DNA from: Chiloscyllium plagiosum
Taxonomy: Eukaryota
Direction: 5' to 3'
Assembly: GCF_004010195.1 (NCBI RefSeq)
Contig: NC_057711.1
Location: 73,987,511-74,051,510, forward strand
Length of the DNA: 64,000 nt
Made by a program: the position numbers and the translations under genes. The notes under the pieces are model-generated. The model did not search any database, was not told where the DNA came from, and was given only the letters and a program-made list of their open reading frames with translations. Below, in pieces: positions 23,084 to 35,060 of this stretch. Numbering within the stretch: the first letter of the stretch is position 1; each line of letters starts with the position of its first letter.

Positions 23084-25490
23084 GTCAAAAAGTGTGGTGC
23101 TGGAAAAGCACAGCCGGTCAGGCAGTATCCAAGGAGAAAGAGAATCGATGTTTTGTGCATAATCTATTCTTCGGGAATGAGGCTGGTAGCCTACGGGGGC
23201 TGAAAGATAAATGGGGGTAGGGTGGCTGGTGGCGGGCTGGGGAAAGATAGCTGGGAATGCGATAGGTAGATGAAGGTCAGGGTGATGATAATAGGTTGCA
23301 GAGGAGGGTGGAGCAGATAGGTGGGAAGAAAGATGGACAAGTAGGACAGATCAAGAGGGCGGTGCTGAATTGGAAGGTTGGATCTGGGACGGGAGATGAG
23401 GAAACTGGTGAAATCCACATTGATCTTGTGTGGTTGGGGAGTCCCAAGGCAGAAAATGAGGAGTTTTTCTTCCAGGCATTGGTTGGTTAGGGAATGGCAG
23501 TGGAGGAGGCCCAGGACCTGCATGTCCTTGGTGAAGTGGGAGGGGGAGTTAAAGTGTTCAGCTACAGGGCAGTGGGGTTATTTGGTTCAGGTGGTGCAGA
23601 GATGTTCTCTGAAACGTTCCATAAGTTGGCGTCCTGTCTTCCCAATATACAGGAGACCACATCTAGAGCAATGGACACAGTAGATTATGTGTGTGGAAGT
23701 ACGGGTGAATCTCTTTCAGATGTGGGGCCTTGGACAAAGGTGGGGGAGAGGAGGCGTGGGCGCAGGTTTTGCACTTCTTGCGGTGACAAGTGAAGATGCT
23801 GGGAATGGAGGGTGGTTTGGTGGGGGGTGCGACCTAACAAGGGACTCAAGGAGGGAATGGTCTCTCTGGAACGTAGAGAGGGCTGGGGAGGGAAATATAT
23901 CTCTGGTGATGGGGTCTGTTTGTGGGTAGTGGAACTAGTGAAGAATGATGCGATGTATCCAGAGGTTGATGGGGTGAAAGGTGAGGATCGGGGGGTTCTG
24001 TCCCTGTTATGATTGGAGGGGTGAGGATCAAGGGCGGAGGTGTGTGAAGTGGAGTACATGCACTGGAGGGCATTGTCAACCATGTGGGAGAGAAAATTGC
24101 AGTCTTTGAAGAAGGAGGCTATCTGGGATGTTCTCTGGTGGAATTGGTCCTCCTGGGAGCAGATGCAGCAAAGGCAGAGGAATTGGGAATAAGGAGGCAG
24201 GGTGGGAGGAGGTGTACTCGGGGTAGCTGTAGGGGTCGGTGGGTTTGTAGAAGATGTCCATGTTGAGTCAATAGTCGGAGATGGAGATGGAGATGGAGAG
24301 GTCCAGGAAGGGGAGGGAGGTATCCAAAATGGTCCGTGAACTTGAAGTCAGGGTGAAGGAGTTAGTAAAGTTGATGAACTGTTCAACCTCCTCATGGGAG
24401 CATGAGGTGGCACCGATACAGTCATCGATGTAGTGGAGGAAAAGGTGTGGAATACTGCTGGTGTAACTGTGGAAGATGGACTATTCCATGTACCTGATGA
24501 AGAGGCAGGCATTGTTGGGGCCCATGTGGGTGCCCATGGCTACCTCTTTGGTCTGGAGCAAGTGGGAGGATTGAAAGGAGAAATTGTTGAGGGTGAGGAC
24601 CAGTTTAACCAATTGAATGAGAATGTCAGTGAAAGGGTACTGGTAGGGTTGGTGGGGTGGAAGAAATGAAGGGCTTGGAGGCCTTCGTCATGGCAGATGG
24701 ATGTATTCAGGGATTGAATGTTTGTGGTGAAGATGAGGCGTTCAGGGCAGGCCAAACAAAAGTCCTGAAGGAAATGGTGGTGTCCAGAATGTAGGTGGGG
24801 GGTTCCTGGACTAGCAGGATCTGGATGGTGTCAAGGTATGCAGAGATAAGTTCGTTGGGACAGGACCAGGCTGCAAGAATGGGTTGAGCAGGGCAGTCAG
24901 TTTTGTGAATTTTGGGTAGGAGGTAGAACCAGGCTGTTCGGTGTTCCCGGATTGAGGTTGAAAGCTGTGGGTGGGATATCCCCTGAGGCGATGAGGCTGT
25001 GGATGGTCTGGGAGATGATGGCTTGGTGATTGGAGGTGAGGTCATGATCGAGGGGGCAGTAGGAGGAGGTGTCCAGGAGTTGGCATCTGGCTTCAGCGGT
25101 GTAGAAGTCAGTGCGCCACACTACCACAGCATCCCCCTTGTCTGCTGGTTTGATGGTGATGTTGGGGTTGGAGCGGAGGGGGGGGAGGGCTGTGTGTTGG
25201 AGTGAGAGGTTGGAGTGCGTGGGGGGTGGGTGGAGGTGGTCAATGTCACAGCACTAGTTGAAAATGAAGAGATTGAGGGTAGGTAACAGACCAGAACAGG
25301 GTGTCCAGGTGAATGGGGTGCGTTGGAGGTGGGAGAAGTGGTCCTTGGAGGGTGGGCAGGAGTCCTAATTGAAAAAGCGAGTCCGGAGGCGGAGGCGGAG
25401 GAAGAAACGTTCAACGTCACAACAGTGTCAAATTCATTGATCCGACAGCATAGGGGGATGAAGGTGAGGCCTTTACTGAGGACTTTGACT
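23084..25490 (-). mobile_element. Penelope-like element: RT + GIY-YIG endonuclease + 3' pseudo-LTR; pseudogenised
   Basis: Minus-strand motifs VLSKGLTFIP, VVWRTD, FYLLPKIHK, MGTHMGP, YIDDCIG, DIFYKPTD..Y.SSHP and GLLYIGKTGRQ (GIY-YIG). The terminus at 23084-23400 matches the mini-elements. Confidence 0.9.
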
Positions 25491-25691
25491 TGGTGCACAG
25501 ACATGGCATCAGCCACAGCCTCCTTCAACCAGGCAGAGGAAGCTTCCTTCTAGTAATCAGTCTTCCAGAAAAATCAGGAAAATCGGAATTTGTAATATTT
25601 TATCTGGTCTGTACCAGATTTGGAATCGAAATTGCATGAGTCAGCCCATTGGGTGGGTATCACTACCTGCTTAATGGACGTTCAAAAGTGT

Positions 25692-25918
25692 AGTCAAAGT
25701 CCTCAGTAAAGGCCTCAGCTTCATCCCCCTATGCTGCCGGATCAATGAATTTGACACATGTTGCGACTTTGAACGTTTCTTTCACCACATCTGCCTTCTG
25801 GGATCACTTTTTCAATTAGGACTCCTGCCCACCCTCCAAGGACCCTTTCTCCCACTTCCAACACACCCCATTCACTGGACACCCTGTGCTGGTCTGTTAC
25901 CCACCCTCGATCTCTTCA
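25692..25918 (+). repeat. Inverted copy of the 5'-most ~225 bp of the adjacent Penelope element
   Basis: Imperfect reverse complement of 25265-25490. Both arms begin at agtcaaagtcctcagtaaagg. Confidence 0.88.
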
Positions 25919-26544
25919 GACTTTGTACCAATCAGAATGTTTCTGAACCTTTGGGAAATCCATTCTGAATTATTTCTCCATATTCTTCTCATTTGGCTTC
26001 ACACTCTGACTGGTATTAGGAATAATGATGTTTTTTTTCTACCTTTGAACCTGTGACAGGACCACTTCTAGATGAAGAACACTGGCTAGGAAATAAAGTT
26101 TCTGGTACGAAAGGGAGTTGAAAATCTGGGTAGGCAAGGACAAGTGAGGAGACAAGCTACTGCTTGAGGGTGCAAAAGAAGTCTTATCTGCTGGGGTCCA
26201 ACTCCTTGAAATGATCTATGAAGTATCACACTTTGTACTTCATTTCCCAAACATTCCTTTGGCAAATCATGAGTGGGGCAGCCAATCACGAACAGCCTTG
26301 CACAAACCTCACATTGTAACCAGCTAGACCAAGGAACCCACACAGTTCTTTCTCTGTTTTGGGCAGAAGCCACTCATTTACCACTCAGATGTTTTCATCA
26401 TTAAGCATAATGCCTTTCTTGGTACTGAAGTGACCCATGCCCTGTACTTTTGTCCAGAAATGTCCAGGTTTTGACATTCAAGTTAAACTGTGTTAAGTGG
26501 GTTAAGATGGTCTCCAGTCTTGCAAGGGTCTCCTCAAATGTCAA

Positions 26545-26588
26545 AGGAGAAAGTGAGGTCTGCAGATGCTGGAGATCAGAGATGGAAA
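26545..26588 (-). mobile_element. 44-bp PLE-terminus insertion with exact 14-bp TSD
   Basis: ggagaaagtgaggtctgcagatgctggagatcaga lies between tcctcaaatgtcaa copies at 26531-26544 and 26589-26602. Confidence 0.85.
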
Positions 26589-27959
26589 TCCTCAAATGTC
26601 AAGCCTATGATGAGTATATCATCCAGATACACCAAAAGGATTGAAAATTAAGGTCACAAAAAGCTTTATCCGCCCTATGCATGAAAGTCACAGAGATAAT
26701 ACATAGCCCAGATGGCATTTTTAGTCTATTTGTAAAGTACCCTGTTGACTATTCAGAATGCCATTTCAGCAATGGGTTGCTGGTTATAAGTCAAAGTGAA
26801 ACTGCAGAAATATTTTGCACCTTTGAGAACTTGCAAACATCCTCAATCCTAGGTAGATAGACAGGGATTTGGAGGGGGTGGCGGTGGCGTGGGGAGGGCG
26901 GTATTCTCAGTAAATGCCTTTTCCATCCAGGATCTTTAAGGTATATTTCCCTTACCTTCATTAAGCCAACAGCAGTGTTTACAACATGTGTGCTTTACAA
27001 TAGAGGTGCTCACTGAACTCTGCTACTTCTTGCAACCAGGTCTGCATCAAGAATTCTGATTGTGACACTGGATTTTTTTTTTCTTGTCAGGATCCTTCCA
27101 GGCTGGAACAGGTTACATATCTAATATCTTCCAGTTGGTTCTCAATGCTGGAGCAGAGAAGTGACAGATACTCTAAGGGGATTTTATGGCATTCTGTCTG
27201 ATCAGAAAGAAAGAGGTGGAATGCATGTGTGGTTCTGCAGAACAATGGGCTTCCCCAGGGTGCCATCGACCTCTTCCAGTCTATTCTGTAACTATTTTTT
27301 GATTCTATGCATTATTTATTTAGCAGTGGCTAGTTGTACTCGAATTCATAGTCAACGTTAACAATATTATGATGATTTTGTTGGAATTACTGGTCCTGGA
27401 TTTCAGTCACCAAATTACTCATCCAAAGTAATTGTTTGATTAGTGATATTGTGCTGCAATGAATAACAACGAATGTTCAGGCCAAGTCTGTACAAGTCAT
27501 ATACAAAACAAATGACACACTTCATTCTTTCTTCACAACATAAAATGGATACAATTGGCAATTGTAAGGCATATATCTAAACTGCATATTAATTACAGAT
27601 AATCTGCAAAGGAATAGTAAGCATGTGTGCCTATTACTAATCCAGAACAATACTATCATTTCTATTCATGGGTGGTTTAAATTATCTAGTTGTATATTCG
27701 ATAATCTTATCCTAATTTAAACCTAATAGCTAATGAATTACTAGACTTTTGATAACCAAAAAACACATGAAAAATAAAGGATGCGAAAAAACATTTGAAT
27801 TTCTTTTTTTTTAGCATTTTTTTCTTCTCAGTAAGCTGATCAAATTAAAGATACTTCCTTGGACAATTGGCTAAGTCAGATTGCTCCACTCAGATGCATG
27901 GTAAGATTGCAATTACACTACCATTGGATAAAATATAAAATGCAGCAAAGAATGACAAA

Positions 27960-29190
27960 AAAATTAATAAAATGGTAAAAGTAAAAGTATGATAGAAAGC
28001 TAACTAGAATTGTGAAAACAGATGGTATGAATTTCTATAAACATTTAAAGGAGTGTTAACAAAGGAGCATTTGTCCTTTTGAAAGTCAGACTGCAGACTT
28101 AGTAATGGAAAACAAGGAGATGGTAGATGAAACAAACAAAAAAACAGAAATTGTTTGAGAAACTCAGCAGTTCTAGCACCATTTATAGAGAGAAAACAAA
28201 ATTAATGTTTTGACTCCAGTGACCTTTTCTAGTTCTTTGTTTCATTTGAGACAGCATATGAATTGAAAGGGTATTTAACATTGATCTTCACCATAGAAAT
28301 CAGAAATTAGAAAGGAGTGAGGAACTCAGGAAAGTCACAAACACCAGAGAAGTAGTACAGAGCAAATTGGTGGAGCTGCATGCTTATAAGTGCTTGGGAT
28401 CTGATGGAGTTCATCCTAAGGTCTTTAAAAAATTTGCTACCAAGATGTTTTATGCAATAGTTTACATTTTTCAAACTTTCCTTGATTTCAGGACTGCATC
28501 ATTAAATGTGAAGATAGCAAATGTAATTCCTTTATTTAAAAACAGAGGAGATAGAAGTCAGGAAACTACACTCTGATATCATGGAAGATATGTTAAAAGC
28601 TATTATTGAAAAAAGTGATATGGCACTTGGACAAATTCAAGGTAATCATGTAGAATCAACATAGTTTTGTGAAAGGGAAATTATATTTGACCAATTTAAT
28701 AGCATTTTTTGAGAAGGCAACATGTTCTGGATACAGATGAACCAGTGGATGCATTGTTTTTAAATTTCCAGAAGTCATTTGATAAAGTACCACAAAAGTT
28801 ACTGTAAATAGTAAAAGTAGAGATTAACATAAAAGACAATGAATAAAAGATTAACTAGCGAACAGAAAGCAGACTGTAGGTGTAAGAGTTTATTTAAGGT
28901 TGACAAATATAGCATAGGGTGTGTCATAGGCATTGAAGCTGAGATCTCAAGCGTTTACAATTTATACAAATAATTTAGATGAAGGGAGGGGAAATATGGT
29001 TGCCAAATTTGCAGACAGAAGAAACTTAGGGAGGAAGGTAAATTGTGATTAGAACACAGGAGGGTTAGAAAATGTTATTGATAGATTATATGAATGGGCA
29101 AAGATATGGGCAAAAGAAAAGTGTATGATCTAATTAAAGAGAGATTGCAGAGCTGTGAGATGCAGAGGGAACTGGGTATCCTTGTGCTGA
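27960..29190 (+). mobile_element. Old degraded CR1 ORF2 fragment with nested short repeat (~28140-28235)
   Basis: GSDGVHPKVFK, IANVIPLFK, F.KSFDKVP and AKFAD motifs. Confidence 0.75.
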
Positions 29191-29784
29191 AAACCTGATC
29201 AAGCTTTTGTGATTTCTAAGCTCTTTTAAACCTTTTTTGCTCCAAAGAGAACAATTTAATTTTTTTTCAAACTAATTTTGTAACTAAAGGCTCTCCCACA
29301 CTGGAATCATTCAGGTCTGCCTCTCAGCAACCTTCACATTTTTCCTAAAATGTGATAACCACAGTACTCTCATTGGAGTCTAACCAGAGTTTTATAGAAG
29401 CTTGTCCTTTCTTCTGTACTCATTGCCTCTGTTTCTGAATCCCCAGTTACCACATACTTTGTTAACCATTCTCCAAATATGTCCTGTCAATTTCAATGAA
29501 CATGGATCCACCAGTCCCTATTGCTTTCATCTCTTTAGTACTGTGCTGTTAAATCTACATTGCCTCTCTATCCATTCTGTTAACAAATTATATTTTATTG
29601 GAATTTTAACTCCCGTCTTAACCTGATAAATGACTGGCCCATGGAGAGAACTGGACTCTGCAATAGAGTCCAGCTTGTCCATCATCATGGTACAATGATC
29701 AGTGGTGGCTTCACTGGCAGAGCACTTTCTTTGGTAGCGCTGGTGCTTCAATATCTGGAGAAAGTTCATTAAGAGCCTGTATGC

Positions 29785-30222
29785 TGTTGCTACAGGCTAC
29801 ATTTTTCTCTGTGCTAGGACCTGGTAGCAACTTCCTTTTGAGCTTTCTCCTGCTTTTCCTCCCAAAGCTGCCTCAGCAAGTCCTCATGAGAATGCTGTTG
29901 GACAGATCCTTCTATATGCATGTCCCTTCCTCTCCTCATTGGAGCACCTACCACCTGACTGATGGTGCTGCTCTTTTAACAATGTTAGTTTGTCGTTTTA
30001 AAGGGTTTTAGGGCCAGTTTGAATATAGCTAACAGATACTGCCTCAGGCAAAAGGCTTTAAAGTTAAAAAAAAAACACAAGTACAATGAAAGGGGAGTGG
30101 CCAGTTTTCCCAGCTCAGCTTTTCTCTGGTTTGATTTGGTTTTTGGCAGTCTGGCTATTCACTGAAAGCAGTTTGGTCAGTGTTGTAAAGCTGCTGGACC
30201 CAAGAGAAACAGGTCCATGCTG

Positions 30223-30258
<36 letters not shown>

Positions 30259-30582
30259 GTCTCCTGTAAGACTGAGCGTTTGACTTTACCTTTTATGCCT
30301 CAGCGTGTTTATGGGGATTGTTGCAAGTACTTGGAACAGTATTGTTAAGTTGGGATGATCTGTTGGGTTTTCAGATAGGTTAAGTTATTCTGTATCCTGT
30401 TCTCTTTTGTTTGTGTTTCCTGTATCTTGTAAATAAATTCTGTTTTGTTTAAAACTAAGTGGTTTGGCCAGCTGCATCACTCCTGGAATATCCATGTTAC
30501 ACATGCTTAAAACAATGAGCAAAGTTAGGGTCTGGGCTACTTTCTTGAAATGGTTTGATGGGGTCTGGCCTGGTCCATAACA
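29785..30582 (+). mobile_element. Probable solo LTR containing a (CT)n tract
   Basis: Ends ggtccataaCA and contains AATAAA at ~30432. The 3' end is homologous to the 8455 LTR. A possible start TGTTG at 29785 has flanks ATGC/ATGT (imperfect TSD), so the 5' boundary is uncertain. Confidence 0.6.
30226..30253. repeat. (CT)n microsatellite
   Basis: About 14 CT units seen directly. Confidence 0.95.
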
Positions 30583-31249
30583 ATGTTACAAATGTATGAT
30601 GGTAGGTGGGCACTCCCGATTTAAAGACTATTCTCCCAGAATGGTTCATTCAATCATTCCACACCTTCTCAGCCCTCTTTCAATAAACCCAAATTCCAGC
30701 AATCAGATGCTCAACCTCAAGGCCTTCTCACATGAACACCCCAGAATCCTCGAATCCTCTCGGAATCTCCTTGCTTAAAATTATACCCCTCATTGCTGTA
30801 ATTACCACTGTGTGGCTCTGAACATCTTGCACAGATGCTAGTTGCCAATGCACAATGAATCTGAGCTGAGATTCATTGCCAGGCTAAAGCTCAGTGCCAC
30901 CACCATTCCTCCCCCTGCATTGCAGAAAATTGGAACAATCTTGTAAAATAGTAATCAATTTCCACTTTCATTGCCTTAAATAACTCTTCTTCCAAAATTG
31001 TGTGTTGATGCCACAAGATTTCCCATCTACCTGTCATAGAATCAGTACTGATGTGATGCTACATAACATTACGTAGTGTCACTTTTTCTATAACCCCCTT
31101 CACCTCCACCACCTCAGTTCCATAGTTGTCCCCAAAGTGGTCACAAGATCCAGCCATATCATTCTGAAATGTAGCAACTCATTAAGGTTCCTTTGACACC
31201 ATTTTAGAAACCTGCAATCTCTATCACCAGAAGGACAAATCCAATAGAC

Positions 31250-33120
31250 AGAACATAGAACAGGAATAGATGCTTCAGCCCTCTATGTCAATGTTGACCA
31301 TATTGTCATTCTAAACTAAATCTCATCTGATTGCACATATCTCAATTTTCCCCTCTTATCCTTGTTGTCCTTCTTAAACAAAGGGACAACATTGATTATT
31401 CTCAAGCCTTCTGGGGCCTAGCCTGTGGGAAAACAGGATAGACGGATCTCTATCAAGGCTCCAGCAAATCTCTCTGTCTCTTTGAGTAGCCTGTGGTAAA
31501 TTCCATCAGGCCCTGGGGATTTATCTACTTAAATGTTTTTCAAGACACCCATCATCTCTTCCTCCTTAATATCAAAATGACCCAGAATAGCAACGTTCCG
31601 CCTCCCTAATCTTACCATCATTCATTTCCTTCTCCTTTGTGAATACCAATGAAAAGTATTCATTAAGAACCTCAACCACTTCTTCTGGCTTCATGTATAA
31701 ATTCCCTCCTTTGTTCTTGTGAGGAGCTATCCTTTTCTGAGTTATCCTCTTGCACTTAATATATGTAAGAAATGCCTTGGGATTCTCCTTAACCCTACTT
31801 GCCATGGACATTTCATGGCTTCTTCTGGTCCATCTAATTTCTTGTTTCCTTTCTACTTCATATAAATGCCTCAGTTTCCTGAATCTTCCATATGCTTCCT
31901 TTTACTTTGGATCTAACCTTTCATGGAAAGATGCATAGGAACACCATCTGTATTTTCTCCTTCAAGATGCACACCACCCTGACTTTGAAACATATTGTTG
32001 TTCCTTCACTGCCACAGGAGCAAAATCCTGTGGAGACTCCTTTCTAAGATTACTGTGGGTGTCCCTTGACAATACAGACTGCAGTGGTTCAAGTCTGAAA
32101 GAACAGAAGTAAGGAGAAATTACTTCTCTCAAAGGGTTATGAATCTGTAGAATTCACTACTCCAGAGTGATGTGGAATTTGGGACATTAAGTAAACATTA
32201 AGGAGATAGATAGATTTTAATTAGTAACGGTTTGAAGAGATATGAAGAATGGTCAAGATGGTTGAGTTGAGGCCAAGATGAGATCAGCTATGATTGGATC
32301 AAATGGCAGAGCAGAGTCAAGAGGCTGAATCGCCTACTTCTGTTCTTAATTCTTATTGTCTTAAGATGATATCTCAACAGCTCCTTCTCTGCAGCAATTA
32401 AGAAAGGGCTTTAAATGTTTGTCCAATCACTGATGCCAATAAAAGAACAAAGAAAAGAGCAATCTTCAAGCTAGTTTCATCCTTTAACAAAATTCTGTCT
32501 AAATTGCATCCCAACTCCATTTACCTTTGCTGCATATGGTACCATTTTTAAACAAAAATCTATTGATTGCAATCTTGAAGATCTTAACAAATCCATAATG
32601 TACACCTCTCTGAGGAGAGACTTCCATACATCCGCCACTCTTCATGTGAAAATGTGTTTCCTGTTTTCACTCCTAATTGGCCTGGCTTTCAATTTATGTT
32701 TACTAGTTCTTGATTTGGAATCTGTTTGAGAAAATTATTATCTGTGCCAAGTCCAATTAAAACTTCTATCATTTTAAACATATCAGTTAGATCACTGCTC
32801 AGCCTTATAAACTCACTTGTTGCATCCTGATGTAATAATTTACTCCTTTAAGCCTTTGTATAATTCTAGTGAAACTGAGCTGTACATTTTCCCAGGGTAA
32901 TATGTCTTTTTACCAAGTGTTCAGGACTGAATGCAGCATTCTAGCTGGAAACTGACCAACTGAAAGATCACTGCCACATTATTGGACTCACTCCCTCCTG
33001 AAATAAAAGCTAACATACCATTAGAATTTATGATTGCTCTCTTTGTCTGTGCTTGAGCCTTTAGTCATTTGGCTACACAGATACCTCAGTCCATTTGTTC
33101 CTCCATAATGTGCCGCCTCT
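31250..33120. mobile_element. Cluster of degraded LINE fragments (CR1 minus 31250-31920, CR1 3' end plus 32100-32360, others)
   Basis: ORF 31572..31811 gives RVKENPKAF..YIK, VLNEYFS.VFTKE; DKSPGPDG-like motif at ~31510; CR1-like 3' UTRs. Confidence 0.7.
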
Positions 33121-33457
33121 CATTTCTCAAGTGAGACCTCGCTCAATGTGGAAGCAACAAATCCCATTTTCTAACTAGGTTCCTGATGTTGAGATGAAAT
33201 TCTTTATTTTGAGCAATAAGAGGTCTATTAATGGGGATTACTGCTCATTGTCACACTCATTATTAATTTATCTCACATCACATGCACACTCCTATTCTAT
33301 CACCTGCCAGAAAAAAGCCAGACACTAACAATTTCTGACATGAAAATGGTGCATGTGAAAAACATTTGTGTGTGTATGTTGAGTGAACTGGTCACAAGCA
33401 ATGTTGACCATGTCATTGGCCCTTATAAATTGAAGATATACTTCATAGAGACATCTA

Positions 33458-34429
33458 AGTAATCACAGGCAATCTTAAAAGAGACACCAGTTAGCCAAAA
33501 TGGACATAGCTAATGCAAGACCTCCTGACCTGCACAGGGGCATGGAAATGATTCCTTCTCAAGTTCTATAAGTTTAATGCAAGACTCTCTTATTTGCAAT
33601 GATGTCTTCTGTGATGTGGGGCTGGGAGGAGATTGGGTTCACAGCTCATGCAGCAGTTATACTTTCCTGTTGTTTCTTTGCCAATGACTGCCAGTGCATT
33701 CATCAAAATAAAACCCAAGGAAAACATCAGGATGAGTCATTTTGTGGTCCTCCTTGTCTGAATGATCCAAGTCCCACTGTAGGGAAGGGTATGTAAAGTT
33801 GTCACATGTACATGACGTGAATGCTGACTGCTCACAGTGATAAGGATCTGTTCTGTTTCTTCTACTCCTCACACAGGTTCATTGCAAGCATGAGTTATGG
33901 ATCCAGCCATATTCTGGTGTCTGTTGTTGCAATTCAAGAAAAACACAGGGAATTGGAAGAGGATGTGCCAGGAAGCACAAGACTAGCAAATTTGGAATAG
34001 CTTCCACAAAGAGGTCACTGCTGCAAGGTTCCTCGAGATACACAGGAGGCACAGGCTGGCCAGATGCCTTTGTCCTTGATGTCATTTCCTGCAGAAAAGA
34101 GAGGGGTAGGGTTGCCATAGGCTTAGTATGTCCTGGGACACTGTCACTGAACTATGCCAATTGCCGGTTCAGGATCTGTGCTGTGAAGGAGTGTGTGACC
34201 ATCCTAACCCATTGGCCACCAATGTGATAGCGGCGTTGAATTTTATGTAACTGACTCCTTCCCAGCCCCACATCACAGAAGACATCATTGCAAATAAGAG
34301 AGTGTTGCATTAAACTTATAGAACTTGAGAAGGAATCATTTCCATGCCCCTGTGCAGGTCAGGAGGTCTTGCATTAGCTATGTCCATTTTGGCCAACTAG
34401 TGTCTCTTTTAAGATTGCCTGTGATTACT
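33458..34429. repeat. ~174-bp inverted repeat (arms 33458-33631 and 34255-34429)
   Basis: The arms are reverse complements with only a few mismatches and are separated by ~620 bp. Confidence 0.92.
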
Positions 34430-35060
34430 GTGGGATCTCTCAAATTGCCCAAGCAGAAAAACAACAAGACCATGACCATTTGTGCCAGATCACACCATTC
34501 AGTCTTATTTCCCTGGACAATGAGATTCAGCAACCTAGCTGCCCACCCCCCTTTGCAGCATCTTATAGATTATACACATATTGCGCCGAGACCTATGATA
34601 TGATAATGCTGTGGAGTTCATCAATAGGCCTGGACTCCATTCCATCTAAGTGCAATGATCTGTGATCATCAATTCTACTTCCTAGAAGGTTGCATCCAGT
34701 CCTCTGCCAGCTGTCATGATGTCTACATCCTTGAGAACTCTCATGGTCATGCTGTGTTTGAGGGTTCTGATATCTTACAAGGATGGTCACTAGGGGAACC
34801 AGAACTACTCACTATGATGAAGGCTGATGGCTCCACTACGTAACCCCAGACTATAGCAGTGCACAGATACCATGCAGCTCATTCTTTGACCAGGGCCTTG
34901 GTGAAGCAGCCAATAAGCTTCTTTTGGATGAAGTTCTGATGCTTGGGGGTCTTCAGTAGGATCTGAATAGAATGTACCAAATAATCTTAGCACCCTGTGT
35001 TCTACACGACTGGAACAGGCAAAGAGAGGGTGTGATGGATGTTGACGAACTGGGGCTCGG
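34080..35060 (+). mobile_element. PIF/Harbinger (HARBI1-like) DDE transposase remnant
   Basis: ALNF..(G/D)SF, CGISQ, IDYTHIA, ICDH, SCHDVYIL and GW.LG motifs, in order and with frameshifts. Confidence 0.75.

Noticed and set aside
33458..34429. Inverted arms as TIRs of a MITE
   Set aside because: No TSD seen, and Harbinger coding sequence continues across the right arm, which favours a templated insertion.
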